64,000 bases of DNA from Octopus vulgaris (GCA_951406725.2 OX597823.1:68448001-68512000); one strand, 5' to 3'. Positions 39,301-52,965 are shown, counted from the stretch's first letter. Made by a program: numbers and translations. The notes: generated from the sequence alone by a model not told the origin.

Positions 39301-39603
39301 GGCCGATGCCAGCGCCGCCTTGACTGGCTTCCGTGCCGGTGGCACGTAAAATGCACCAATCCAACCGTGGCTGTTGCCAGCCTCGCCTGGCACCTGTGCA
39401 GGTGGCATGTAAAAAGCACCCCACTACACTCACGGAGTGGTTGGCATTAGGAAGGGCATCCAGCTGTAGAAACATTGCCAGATAAGACTGGATGGAGCCT
39501 GGGGCAGCCTTCTGGCTTCCCAGATCCCTGGTCGAACCGTCCAACCCATGCTAGCATGGAGAACGGACGTTAAACGATGATGATGATGATGATGATGATG
39601 ATG
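39301..39603 (+). mobile_element. RTE-associated 3'-end element (2 tandem units plus (GAT)n tail)
   Basis: ggtggcacgtaaaatgcacc units; gagtggttggcattaggaagggcatccagc; ccgtccaacccatgctagcatggagaacggacgttaaacgatgatg. Near-identical to 62067-62548. Confidence 0.88.
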
Positions 39604-41271
39604 ATATAATAGTCTATAAAAGTCTGACACATTAATTTAGCCTGTTAAACAATAGTGGGTGTAAAAATATTTAGTTGGTCAGTTATTGTGTCAGCAAGTG
39701 TTGTCAAAAGTAAATTTATCTGCTTATCTGTTTGTTTTTTTTTACATTAACTACTACTTTAACCAAATATAAATGAATAAAATCCATACAAATTGCAAAA
39801 AATCCAATATAAAATATGTAGTCAATAAAATAAAAGAAGCTGATTTAGAAAATAGTTTGATATGAAATCAAATCACTGTGATATGAAGTGAATGGAACCT
39901 GTGACACAGATTGATTTAGCTTATACTATTGGAACAAAATAACTATACTATAGTAAAATGATGATGTTTAGAGGTGATTTTGTTTATTTTTTTATATGCA
40001 TACGCAATGTAGGATATTTCAAAATTCCATGTAATTAAATGATGGTGAATATAGCAAAAATAATTTGGATAATATCTAAGATATTTGATTTTGAAGGCCA
40101 AATAATAATGGTATGTAGTTTATAATAGATATTCATTCCTGTATTTAAGTTATTGAAGAGTACAGTTGATAATATTAGTAAGATAGAAGAGTTCAGAATA
40201 ATAATTATTCTAAAGGCTAAACATGCAATATTCTATCTTGTCTGAAATTAACATCCTTTATACTCAGTACAAAAAAAAACAAAACAAAAAAAAACCCCAC
40301 CAGTTTTCCTCAAATTCATATTGAAATGATCTTCATAGTGCTTTATATTTTACAAGTTTGCATTAAACTAGCTCTCAGTTAGTTTAATAATATGTTATCA
40401 ACTTTACAAAATCATACACTATCATATCAAGAATCTATTTATCTAGCATTATGATTAGATAAGTGGTTACAGAACTTCACTTATGGTATATGTTCAAATT
40501 TGGCATATAATTATATCTTTGTGCCAGATAAATTAATCTGCTTTACCTATCTGAAAATGTACATCAGTCTTTGTTTCTGTTAAAATTTATATTATAACTT
40601 GCTTAAAGAAGACAAATATTGAAAGTTTCTGATATACTGAAAATATAGAAAGAACTTAAAATAAAGTATTTTATGTGAACATGTCAGATAAGCCATCTGC
40701 ATCAAAAACAACAAGTTAGTGTTAGCATATTTAATACAGGGAATATTAAAATCTAACAAGAATTTATTATGTTGTAAGGAAAAACAATATTAGTCACTGG
40801 CTTTTATACTGGTTGTTATAGAAAATTAGAATCGGTTGATATTCATTAGAAATAATTGATGGGTTTTAATGCTTAATGTTTAAAAGAATACTAGTCAGTA
40901 AAAATATAATCATAGTTTTGTAAGACTCACTAACAATATTGTGGGGAAATATTTAAGATCTTTAGATACTATTTTAAAGATAAGTAAAAGAGTTTCATAT
41001 AGGAGAATGACTCAAATTTAGGGTATATCTGATATTTTTTTAGATTTATCTGTTCAATCAAATATGTATGACATGAAATCAACTACTTATCTATATATAC
41101 ATGCATTATTAAAGAAATTTAGGATATCGATTAAAATGTTATGGCATTTTATTATGTTAAAGACAGATTAAATTTCTAGAATATTTTGTTTATGATACTT
41201 GTTAGATGCTTCCATCTTATGATCAGTAGTGTTAAACAATCCATGGCTTTTAACAACACATAATCCTTTGG

Positions 41272-41432
41272 GTACAAACATAGCTATGTGGCTTAGAAGT
41301 TTGTTTTACAACTAAATGGTCTGAGGTTTGATCATAGTATAGCACCTAGAGAATGTGTTTCTATCATAGCATCAGGTTGATCAAAGCCTTGTTAGTGAAA
41401 TTTGGTAAATTGAAATTGTGCAGAAGCCTGTG
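41272..41432 (+). mobile_element. Family A SINE 5' half, degenerate
   Basis: tagctatgtggcttagaagtttg...aaagccttgttagtgaaatttggta..gaaattgtgcagaagcctg. Confidence 0.6.
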
Positions 41433-42365
41433 AAAGGGCTATTCTTGTTCTTCAGTTGCAGACCTGATGCATCGACTAATTTAACACCCACCTGACCCTT
41501 GGGAGTACTTAGCAGAGTTCATTTTCTTGCAAACATTTGGACCAAAACTCTGATCTGTGTGTAATTTTCTCTCTTCTCCCCATCAGTTTCTGATGCCCTT
41601 TAAAAAATGGGTCATGAATGCAGTCTTTCTTTATCTGATTAACTCATTATGAAAATAAGCATTTCAATGCAAAAAAAAAATACTTGGTCATCATAAGTGT
41701 CACTAAACCCTTTGATTCAAAAACCAGATAACACATATATGCATATGCCTTTCAGTAAACAATGCTGACTAGTTAAGCATGTCAAATAGAATGAAATATT
41801 CATGAATGATTGAAAGAAATAAAATATTCTAATTGATGAATTATATAACAGTCATCAATGCAATCTACTATTAACTTATTTAAACACAAATATAATAAAT
41901 ATAATTGATACTTTTGCATACATATTGTTTAAATATAAAATATTCATATCTGTAACATCATTTTTGCCTGTAAAATGTTTATTAATAACTGGAATCAATC
42001 CCCAATTGTTTAACAATGAAAGAGCTTTCACTAATCACTAAGAATATTGTAGTGTGCCAGAGACTGCACCTTCATTAGTTTGTTCCAATGTTTAATTGAT
42101 CTAACTCAAAAATGCATAAAGATTTATGTTAATTGATACATGATGATAGATTTGGCATACTTATTTCAGTATTGAAAATATTTATAAAACAGATATTCTC
42201 TTCTATTCTGTGTCTCTTTGAGAGCTTTGAGTTTTTAAATCTAATACTGATTAGATTTTTTTTTATATAAAGAAATCCACCTCAATGTTTCTACTTGGCA
42301 CAGTTTGAAACAAAGTGTTATGTTACATAGGGAGTCAGTGATAAAATATTAGGTTTAATTAATAG

Positions 42366-42900
42366 ATGCAGGCATGACTGTGTGGTAAGAAACTTGCTTC
42401 CCAATGACATGGTTCTGGGTTCAGTCCTACTGCATGGCATGTAGGGCAAGTGTCTTCTACTTTAGCCTCAGGCCAACCGAAGCACTGTGAGTGGATTTGG
42501 TAGATGGAAACTGAAAGAAGCCCATTGTATTTATATCATCATCATCATCATCATTTAATGTCCATTGCCAAAGGTCTCCTCACCAGTCATAGCCTCTGTG
42601 AGGCCCAAAGTTTGGAGATCATGCTTCACCACCTCGTCCCATGTCTTCCTGGGTCTACACACACACATATGTGTGTGTGTGTTTGTGTGTATCTTTTTGT
42701 CTGTGTTTGATCCCCACTACTGCTTGTCAACTGGTGTTGGTGCATTTACGTCCCTGTAACTTAGTGGCTTGGCAAAAGAGACCGACAGAATAAATACTAC
42801 ACCTAAAAAAAAAAAAAGAAGGCCAAGGTCAATTTGTTTGACTAAAACCTCAGCATAACCACAGTCAAATGACTGAAACAAGTAAAAGATAAAAGTAAAG
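42366..42900 (+). mobile_element. Family A SINE containing an antisense RTE 3' fragment
   Basis: gatgcaggcatgactgtgtggtaag...tgactgaaacaagtaaaagataaaag; insert at ~42535-42660. Confidence 0.88.
42535..42660 (-). mobile_element. Short RTE 3' fragment
   Basis: Minus strand RPRKTWDEVVKHDLQTLGLTEAMT, then ggacattaaa(tga)n tail. Confidence 0.8.
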
Positions 42901-43619
42901 GAGATAATTTAACTAAGAATTTCCAATTGAATGAGAAATAATTGTGTATTTGAATCTCGTATCAACAGTATTTTAACATTTAAGAATAAAAGGTCAGTTT
43001 GTCTGCGTAAAAAATACAAAGTATCTCATGCTGAGGATAATCAGTAATAACTGCTTCCAAAAATCTCCACATGTTACTTTGAAGTTTCAATACATTAAAA
43101 AATCTTTAATCTGAGAATTTACACATTTATACATTTTAAGTTTTCATCTTAAAACATATCTTGTTTAAGGTTATAACCAATTTTGCTGATATCTTTCCTT
43201 AGTTTAAATGTAAAATTTTCCTCTAGATTACAATAACAAACTTTGTTTTTCCCAAAATGCTCTTTGTTTGTGTTATGTTGTGCATTTCCCACTTTAATAA
43301 CATTAAAACACACACACACACATACAAAAAAAGTAAATAAAATAAAGCTACAGTTGCAACCTCAAAAAGTGTACTTCTGGATGATTTGAAAATCATGTGA
43401 AAAATTTCAAAAGTTAACCTCTGTTATTCCAAACAACAAGAGTATATTAGGCAAAAATTATACCAAGAAGTTTGAGGCAATGAGTAAATTATTCAAGGAC
43501 ATCAAATACTATACCTGAATTTTGATATATTTTGAAAGGTTTTCAGAATTTCTGCCCCATCAATGAAAATAAAATTTTACAATCAGTATCACCTAATAGA
43601 TAATTGCTCCTGTATCAAA

Positions 43620-44520
43620 AGAGCCTCCAATACTTTTGATTTTCAATAGCCTTTCTAGATCATAGTAAATGCAACAATATTATTGAAAAACTTTAAAAAC
43701 CACCTATTTCAGGTAACGAGTACAATATGTATTTTTTCGCATGTATTCTTTTTGTTATTATAAACTACATCACCAATACCATATTGCTGCTTCACTGTTT
43801 TTGATTCTGATCCACATCTGATCACATCTGTTCCATATTTTCAAAATCTGAGTTCATATAATTTTCTCATCTATCAAGTCAGAAGAGCATTTTTGTTTCC
43901 TTGATTACTGACAAACCAACAAATCTTCAAACATGCCCCAGAATTAACTTCAGTTGTAACAAAATTAGGACTGAATTTATCTTTTAGTATCTGGATGAAT
44001 GGAATTAACTGCATGCTACATATCCTATGACAGAGACATTCAGACGCACCTTATATCTCTCACTTCAAAACATTTGTAATGAGACAATCAGTGATAATTA
44101 TCTCTCACAACACCCTAAACTTCTCAAATGATCTCTTAAATTTAGTCAATTTCTCTTTCTTCCTATCCCCCTTTCTTCTTTGTAAACTTCAATGTAACTC
44201 ATTAAAAGCAAGATTTACTTGCAATCTCATTTTGTAATATGAAGCTGATAAAACTATGGTGAAATCAAGACTTGATATTGGTAGTCTTTAGCAAAGTATC
44301 AGCGACAAACATCCTGGATAAACTTCAATTAAACTACATTAGATACTAGTAACTTAAGTCTGAGTATTTCTCACTTGCAGGACCATATAATCTCCTATCA
44401 GTGTCATTATCTCAATCTGCCATGAATTCTGATGTTATCTACACTTTCTCAGGTTTATTTTCTCTTCCTCATCAATTATTTTCAGTAAATTGCCATTAAT
44501 CCTATTGACTACTTGGTTGA
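43620..44520 (-). mobile_element. Probable very decayed R4/Dong-like fragments, minus strand
   Basis: Weak words on the minus strand: NGNLLKIIDEEE, KKGG, LIPFIQILK and LQLKL; no ORF. Confidence 0.35.
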
Positions 44521-45781
44521 TAACATAATTCTATATTTCTCAACATCTTCTCAATGGAATGACAATAAATATTACACTGTGTTGACTATATTATAGATAA
44601 TTAGTCTATCAACTCAGCAAAAAAGAAAAGTAAAATTGCTTCAAGCAATACTTAAACCATGTAGCAAGGGCAAAAATTTAAATACAGTAAGGCATTTAGT
44701 TCTTGTTCTATTAGTTTATTTATTTCTATCATTACAATTTTTCAAAGATTTGAAGAAAATATTCTTTGAGTGAAAATTTTAAACAGAACATCATGTTTCT
44801 AAAAGCATTAGGACATTTATATAAGGTAATAGAGAGTATTGGTATTTGAAGTTAATTATTTGTTTTCATGTGCATCATATGCTTAATCTTGTTTCCATGA
44901 ACAAAGAAAATAATGAATCAATAAATATAATGAAAATTGCTAATGAACTTACAAATTTGAAGAGCTTTGAAAATGAAAACACTTCAAATGTAATTATATT
45001 TATTGACGGGTAATACACAATTGGACACCAATTGTATGTTTACATTTTAAACAAAGTGACACATGAACAAGAAAGAAATTTGAGCTACATTTATATTGAT
45101 ATTTTGGTTCAATGACCACTGTGCTAAGTGTCCATAACAAAATTCACTTTTCCCATTAGAATCTTTACATAAGTTAATATTTACTTTTGAGAGTTTTTAA
45201 AATTTAAGTATATGTCTACTTTGTATCCTACCTTTGCATTTTGGGTGAACTTTGATTTGACTGTAAAAATCTCTTCTAAAATATTTAACATAGAGAAGTA
45301 GTGAAGCCTGTTCTGATTTCTTCAGATTCTTTTACATGTGTCTGTTTACATATAATTTATAGAGATCAGTATATTGAGATCATTTATTCTCTTTCATATA
45401 TATATACTATGTCTATATATTCCATTGTTTTTCAAAGTGTCAGCTTGAAATTTGGTTTACACCAAACAGATTTTGGATATATCTAAAACCAAAACATTAA
45501 AAAATCATAATACAAGTTTCTTAAGAAATATAGAGAACAAAATATAGTAAAATATATAAAAATGGCTTCTATTCCTAAAGAGAAGGAATAAATCTTATCA
45601 TTCTTCTAAACTGTATCATAAGATAAATTCTAAATGGCTTTAAATTTGTTAAGCTTCAAAATCATGTGGTATAGAAAAATGTATTTTTACAACACTTAGA
45701 CAAGCATTGAAAGAAAATGATACTGATTTCCACCTTAAACATGGCTAGTTACAGATATGGATAGGTGCAGCTATGGACTCA

Positions 45782-45935
45782 GGAAGGTATAGCTGTATCG
45801 TTGAGAAGTTTGCATTGTATCCATGCAGTAGCAGTTTCAATGCAATTGCAGGGAATCTTGGCTAAGTGTCTTCTACTACAACTCCAGGCAGACCAATGCC
45901 TTGCAATAAATTTGTCAGATGGAAACCATAGGATG
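45782..45935 (+). mobile_element. Degenerate family A SINE head
   Basis: cttggctaagtgtcttctactaca..caggcagaccaatgccttg..aatttg.cagatggaaac. Confidence 0.6.
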
Positions 45936-46032
45936 TGCATTGAATGAACATATGTATGTGTGCATGCATGCATGTGTGAGTATATATGTAAAAATGTGTG
46001 TGTATATAGTACCAGTAAGTAATGATACTAAT

Positions 46033-46458
46033 CATTACTGTTTAGTATTGCTACTACTGGTATCCCTTTTAGAGATTTTAGAACTTGCTATTTTAGCTTG
46101 TTGCAAGATCAGCAACTGATTGTCACTTGTTTGGTTATATATTTTAAGTTAGGATGAATGACTGCCATCTCTAGCAGGCAAGCATCCAGTACTGTGGACA
46201 GGAAGGAACCCAGAAACCAGATTGGTCTACTGGTCTTCTCATGTTGGAGGGGACTGGTTCACTCCTTTACTGGCAATATATCAGACACAGGTTGCATGTC
46301 ATTAACTAGCAGGAAAAGATGTTTTCCTGAGGTTAAAACATAGTAATATAATTCTGAATGGAACAACCACGTCAAAGTGGCTACAAACATTACTGTTTAG
46401 TATCGTTACTACTGGTATCTCTTTTAGAGATTTCAGAACTGGTTACTTTAGCTTGTTG
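46033..46458. repeat. 71-bp direct repeats flanking a 284-bp insert
   Basis: 46033-46103 vs 46388-46458: 64/71 identical, ungapped. Confidence 0.9.
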
Positions 46459-46597
46459 TGTATATATAAATATGCATTTGAGTGCCTCTGTATGTGTGTA
46501 GAAATTTGCATGATTAATGATATTCTACATTGTCCCCACTTGAGTTGAAACAATGTCCTTTGGTACAAAAAAGATCCTTTGACTTTATTGAAAAACA

Positions 46598-46705
46598 GAT
46601 GAGTGTTGACAACAGAAAGAGCATCCAACCATAAAATCCAGTTTTAAGGAATTCTTCCATTTAAGCCATTCTAGCATGAAAAACTAGATGTTAAACAAAT
46701 GACTA
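46598..46705 (+). mobile_element. Old degenerate RTE-associated 3'-end copy
   Basis: gagtgttgacaacagaaagagcatccaaccataaaa...ccattctagcatgaaaaactagatgttaaa. Confidence 0.6.
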
Positions 46706-47299
46706 TTAACATAAGGTCACAAGTTTGTAGGGGACATGTACAATCACCTGAATGAGCTACAGTTTAAAACTAATAGCTCCAGTAAGATAAAAGTTAGCAT
46801 TAACTTTAACAGGATTTTTACCTCAGAATGCAAATGACAAAATTAAATATTAAGAAGGACTTAGTTCTGAACTGTATCATACTTATCCATACCATATCTA
46901 TCCATTTGTCATTCTTTGCAGAAATATTCAGATCATGAATGTAAAACTAAAACATTTACATTAAAACAAAAACAGTGTTATATACACAAAGTTTTTGCTG
47001 TTAATTTATTCCAAATTATTATATTTTAATCTATGCCTTCGAGAAATTTAAAAGTAAATAATATAAGATATTTTGCTTTGGAAAAAGCATAAAAAATCAA
47101 GAGAGATTTTTTTCCTTCAAACATATCAAGAGATCACTGATATAGTAGCTTACTCTTAAATCCTGTGTATATTACCTAACAACAACAACAACAACAATAC
47201 TAATAATAAGCTTAAGGAGAGGAAGTGCCTAAGCTTTCAGTCTCTTATCCTTCACTAGCCCTAGGATGCTTGGCAAGTGATTGTAACAAACATGCAGAT

Positions 47300-48531
47300 T
47301 AAAAGTAAACTATAGAAATATAATTTTAGCAATAAACCTGACTGCATTTGCAGCAGTCTGGCATGGAGATGGAATTTTGAAGTAGACAGAGGATGAGCTA
47401 AAGGAATTGGACAGGAACACAAGAAAGCTCGTAACAATGCAAAGAGCCCATCATCCATGTGCAGACACTGATTGCCTATACGTGAAAATAGCTAATGTAG
47501 GAAAGGGACTGATAAGTGTGGAAGACTGTGTGCATATCAAACTCAGGAGCTTGCAGAGATACTTAGCCCAAACTAAGGAACCTTGCTAGTGTTAGTTAGG
47601 GATGAGGGCATATGGAAAGTGGAGAAAAAGGGGGGAAAATGTAACAAGAAGTACAAAAACGATATGAAGAAGCACTACATGATAAAAGACTTCACAGTCA
47701 GATTCATGTAGTAACAACTGAAGTTGCTGGGAAACATAGGTGGGATTGGATGAAGAAAAGAGCACTGAAAAGAGAGTTAAGAGCACAATACTGACAATTT
47801 TTGGCCACAGATTGGAGGGTCAACCTTGGGAATGAGCAAGTGTCTCCACCATGATACATCTGTAATAGAGTGGACCAGACTGATTGTCACTTGTTTGGTT
47901 ATATTTTGCCCATATCACGAACAAATGCCCTAGAGTCACTCAAAAACAACTATAAGCTGTGATAATATGATGAGGTAGTGAAAGTGCTACATTGGAAACT
48001 ATATAAAAGTGGGGTTTAGAGAGAGGCAAGACATGGTATGAACACAAACTGAAGAGAGTAGTGGTGTTGAAGATCTGCACTATCCTGTGGGATTTCCTAA
48101 TCCAAACAGATCAAGTGCTAGAACGCAATGAGCCAAACCTAGTAGTGGTGGACAATGTTAACATGTGCTATACAATTGATGAGGTGTGCTCCTTTGACCC
48201 ACAAATAGTCAAGAAGGAAGGCACAAAAGTAGATATATACAATCCTCTTAAGTACGAAACAGCCTGGCTATGGAAAATGAAGATGGTGAAGATAGTGTCA
48301 GTTAGATGCTTGGGGATAGTAGCAGAATGCATCAAGAGGAATATAAAGGAAATCAGAATAGAGTGCCCAGTAGAGCTGTTACAAAAGGTTTGCCTCTTTA
48401 GCACAGCAAGAATAATTAGGAAAGTATTAGATAACCGAGAACAAATTACATGGTACTGTACACTGCAGGTAGCAAGCCTGTTACACTTGCCAGACTTCTA
48501 GGAGTTCCAACAAAACCTGCATTAAAAGGAA
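47300..48531 (+). mobile_element. R4/Dong-like 5'-truncated copy downstream of a (CAA)/(TAA) tract
   Basis: LDRNTRKLVTM..AHHP.ADTD.LY....GKGLISVEDC; WYEHK; ILWDFLIQTDQVLE.NEP.LVVVD; YNPLKYE...CPVELLQKVCL..TARIIRKVL. Most similar to copies 2 (3' part) and 3. Confidence 0.9.
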
Positions 48532-48893
48532 TCATCATCATCATTGTTTAACATCCGCTTTCCATGCAGGCACTGGTTGGATGGTTTGACTGAGGACTGG
48601 GGAGCTAGAAGGTTGCACCAGTCTCCAATCTGATCTGACAAAACTTCTAGAGCTGGATGCCCTTCCTAACACCAACCACTCCAAAAGTGTAGTGGGTGTT
48701 TTTATGTGCCACCAGCATGAAGGCCAGTCAGGTGGTACTGGCATCAGCCATGCTCAAATGGTGCTTTTTACATGCCACCTGCACAGGAGCCAGTCCAGTG
48801 GCACTGGCAATGACCATGCTCGAATGATCCTTTTCTTACGTGCTACTGGCACAGGAGCCAGTCAGTGGCCCTGGCAATGATCACGCTCGAATA
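48532..48893 (-). mobile_element. RTE-associated 3'-end element (3 tandem units), inserted at the R4 tail
   Basis: (ATC)n tail, gctggatgcccttcctaac, and three gccagt..ctggc / tgccacc units. Confidence 0.85.
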
Positions 48894-48939
48894 TTAACAA
48901 TAATGATACTGATGATGATGGCGATGATGATGATGGTTC

Positions 48940-49491
48940 AGTACTAGGCAGTGGTTCTCATTGTTTCTAAACTTAACTGAGTGGAAGTGTTAACATGTAA
49001 ATGTTTTTGACTTGGAGTAAAAATGGGCTACAGTAAATATTCTGCTCAAAACCACAGATCTGCTTATCAGTTGCTTGGCCATAACCAGTTGAGCATGTCC
49101 CTTAGTGGCTGACAATATGTGCATCTCTGATCACGAGCAGAAGTAGTGGGGGGGGGGGGCAACATAACCATGTATTGTGAGGAATTCTCTGGTGTTTGAA
49201 TAATTCACCTCTGGAAACATGGGTGTTTCATTCATCATCCTTAGACAACTCTTATTCAGGTACCTTATTCAGGATGGGCTGCTCAATCTGAAGAAAAGTC
49301 TAACTGAGCCCCACCTGCAAGGTCATGTGCTGTTTATCTTGATATGAGATCCCTATATTGTGCCCATATGGCTGTAATGTATGTTCCTGGTGTCCCCTTA
49401 TCAGCTGGCTAGTCTCGTTGGGTATATTGGGTGTCATATGTTTGTACCCAGCATCACTTTGATGGTGTGGACTGCTCTCTCACTCAATAAT

Positions 49492-49497
<6 letters not shown>
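48940..49497 (+). mobile_element. Unclassified octopus-type interspersed repeat, probably the 3' UTR of a non-LTR element
   Basis: GC-richer non-coding block starting after a TGA tract and ending ctctctcactc-aataattataa. Recognised from memory as a common octopus repeat; single copy here. Confidence 0.5.
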
Positions 49498-49535
<38 letters not shown>

Positions 49536-50949
49536 TATGATATTTAGTAGAAGCAGAAAACTTAATAAAACATTACTCTGAATAATTTCTTATTTCTGAT
49601 TCTCTGATAATATTGATAAACAGAACAAGAAAAAAAAAAAAGAAACAAATATTTGCAGAAATATACAAAATTTATGTGGTGTTGGAAAATGCCCATTAGA
49701 CCTCATTCCTCAAATCCGAAATATAGCAAAAAGGAAAAAAAAGAAATGCATCCTTAAAAGGTAAGAGTGATACAGGGTAGGGATGATAAGGTGTGACGAC
49801 AGTAAATAGAGGAAAAAATATTATATTGAAATATTGCACTTGCATGGGAGGAAAAGCCATTTGTTATTAAAATTATCAGATTAAGTATGCATGCAATTAA
49901 ACTGTAAAGAAAATATATTAAAAATATATATTCCTATAAGATCAATAATTAAAAAAATACATATAAATTCATACTAAGGAATTTTCCTGTGAAAATGTGT
50001 ATGTAGAAAATTGTGTCAGAATGGGGAGTGAGGGAAGAGGAGTGGGAAAACGTATTTATTAAAATTATTGAATTAAAAATATTGAATTAAAATATGTGTG
50101 CTGGTAAATTACAATGAAAATGTATTAAAAATGTGTTTGTGTAAGAATGATAAGTATACACAAACATACACATGTATGTGTGTGTATGTGTGTGTATATA
50201 TATATATATATCTTCATACAAGAGAGTTTTCCAGTAGAAGAGACATAAAAGAAATAAAGTGAATGTGAAGCTGAACAACAAGACAACAAAAGCCAAATTG
50301 ATTTTAGCAATATTGATTAAGAAGGCCTATAATGAACCAAATGTAATAAGAACTTGTAGCTAAGAAAATAAAGTTCATATTTCCATATTTTCCATTCAAA
50401 CCTAGAGAATCCAGGGACAAAATAAGCAGCCTTTTGGATTGACACATCTTTGGCTAAAAACCTTCATGGTGATACGAAAGTGCTAGTTTCAAGGTTTAGT
50501 AAGGAATATTTAAAGTAAGGCTAAGTATATTTCAATAAGTGCACCGTGGAATACTTTGACATCAACCATTTACATGCTAATTCAACGATCAGGTAACTCA
50601 ATTGATCAAACAACTGAATCTGCATAGTCAAAACCAATAGAATAATCACACACACACACACACACAATTATAGTAGTATTTATTTTGATGCTGATGGGAT
50701 AGCCAGCAATTCTCAATTAGAAATGCAAAATTTCACACTCCACTATTATGCTTGACAAGAATATTGTCAACCATTATGACAGTTTTATGATGGAAGTCAA
50801 TCAGTAATTATCTTGTTGATAAATTTGGTTTAAATTTGTTGGCATGAAACCGATGGTACTAGATTTTTAACATAAATTCCCCCAAAAAGTGAATACACAC
50901 ACACTTACATTTATGTATGTATGTATGTATGTATGTATGTATGTGCGTG

Positions 50950-51910
50950 TGGAGTGGGGGCTGTCTAGTAAGAAGCTTGCTTTCCAACCATATGGTTTTT
51001 GGGTGCAGTCCCGCTGTGTAGCACCATCGGCAAGTACCTTCTACTATAGCCTCAAACCAACCAAAGCTTTGTGAGTGGATTTCATCATCATCATCATCAT
51101 CATCATCATCGTTTAACGTCTGCTTTCCATGCTAGCATGGGTTGGACGATTTTGACTGAGGGCTGGCAAACCAGATGGTTGCACCAGTCTCCAATCTTGA
51201 TTTGGCAGAGTTTCTACAGCTGGATGCCCTTCCTAACGCCAATCACTCCGAGAGTGTAGTGGGTGCTTTTTACGTGCCACCAGCACGGGGGCCAGTCAGG
51301 CAGTACTGGCAACGACCTCGTTTGAATCCTTTTACACATGCCACCAGCACAGGTGCCAGTAAGGCAACGTTGGTAACGATCACGCTCGATACTGGCTTCA
51401 TTCCTTGCGAGCTTATGCATGTCCTTAGCAGTCAGAGCCCATGTTTCACTGCCGTGTAGCATGGCTGTTCATACACAAGCATCATACAGTCTACCTTTTA
51501 CTCTGAGCGAGAGGCCCTTTGTCGCCAGCAGAGGTAAGAGCTCTCTGAACTTTGCCCAAGCTATTCTCATTCTAGCAGCTACACTTTCAGCGCACCCACC
51601 TCCGCTACTGACTTGGTCCCCTAGGTAACGGAAGCTATCGACTTGGAAAGAAGCCCATCGTTTATGTGTGTTTATATATGTATGATTTTGTGTATGATTG
51701 TGTCTGTGTTTATCCCCCACCACTGCTTGACAACTAGTGTTTGCGTGTTTCCATCACCATAATTTAGTGATTCAGTAAAAGACAACAATAAAGTAAGTAC
51801 AAAGCTTAAAAGGAAGGCAAGTATTGGGGTCAATTCTTTCAATTAAAAATTCTTCAAAGTGGTGTCCCAGCATGGCCACAGTCTAATGACTGAAACAAGT
51901 AAAAGATGCA
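50950..51910 (+). mobile_element. Family A SINE split by an antisense RTE insertion
   Basis: Head ends ...gtgagtggattt (~51082) and resumes gaaagaagcccatcg (~51646); tail tgactgaaacaagtaaaaga. Confidence 0.85.
51083..51643 (-). mobile_element. RTE LINE piece: RT C-terminal fragment fused to the tandem-unit 3' end
   Basis: VDSFRYLGD...GG...V.AR...AW.KFRELLPLL.......KGRLYDACV*TAMLHGSETW...L.RNE (51390-51643) is joined directly to two tandem units and a (GAT)n tail. Confidence 0.9.
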
Positions 51911-51919
51911 AATAAAGTT

Positions 51920-52965
51920 TATATGTATAGTGATACAGAAATGGCTCACTTCCCGAAAGTTGTCTGATCCTTCATTGTCAAAATCTGAAAGGAACTGGAA
52001 GCTGCTGATAGGGATCAGCACCAGCAGCTTAATGCAAATCACATACACAAAATCCTAATGCCATCAGAACACATAAATGTGCACAAAAAGTCCTAGAAAT
52101 AATCGATAAAAATGCTGGTAAGTCAATCAAAACCATAACAGAGGACCTTGAGTTTTCAGAGTGACAGCATCAGAAGAGTTGTGTATGAGGACACCTGGTA
52201 CAAGTTGTATGTGATGCAGAGGTATACATTTATGTCAGATGTGACAAGAGAGAAGCATTCAAATAGTGCAAAGTGCTAGTTAAACAGCTAAACATTAAAA
52301 AGCTAGAATGCTTTGATTTTTCTCCAATAACAAAAACTTAGACTAGGACCAAAATGTAAGCCAAATAAAAGACAGATATGCAAACCTGAATGATGTTCCA
52401 ATGGTCACACATACTAAGTTCCCAATAATCGTGATGGATTTGGGAATCATTGACAATGAGTGAGATGTCATACTCTCTCACTTTCTTTCACAAGGTTTAA
52501 GACTCAATGACTCATTCTACACAGAGGTGGTGGAGATAATTGTGAGGCCCTAGGTAGACAGAGTATGAAATGAAGACTCTAAGGCTAGGACAATCCAAGC
52601 ATAGATGTGTACCAATCACCATGATCATGTTCTTCCAGACACATGGTTTCCTAGCTCATCAGGCCTCAATGCACATATGGAGCATAGTCAAGAGAGAGGT
52701 CAATCAACAACCCCATAACCCCATACAATCCTACAATCTGCCATAACCAGCAATATGTCCAAAATTAAAAAAGATTATCTGATTCCGGTATGTCAATGCT
52801 TCCAACCTTGTAATAAAGTAGCCATTGATGCTAACAGTGGCTTCATGGAATAGGTGTGATAAAAAGATTCTCAAGATTATTTGTACCAATTTGATTTTAA
52901 ATACAGTTTCTCTTTGATGAGCTATGCATCTTTTTCTAAATTCATACAAATGACCTCAATCTATA
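51920..52965 (+). mobile_element. Tc1/mariner (maT/DD37D-like) transposase pseudogene
   Basis: FS..KN.D*DQ.V, DVPMVTHTKFP..VM.LG...NE*DV...HFF..GLR.N, Y.EV.E..V.P, W.P.S..LN and W..V.RE.N..PHN; many stops; ends in a TA-rich flank. Confidence 0.8.

Noticed and set aside
39430-39630. Poly-His ORFs (also 42504 and 51071)
   Set aside because: These are translations of (ATC)n retroelement tails.
45229-45257. 29-nt minus-strand microexon (tttacag|...AAG|gtagga)
   Set aside because: Splice-like signals only; its ATG frame ends in phase 2, incompatible with the L27 exon, and there is no homology.
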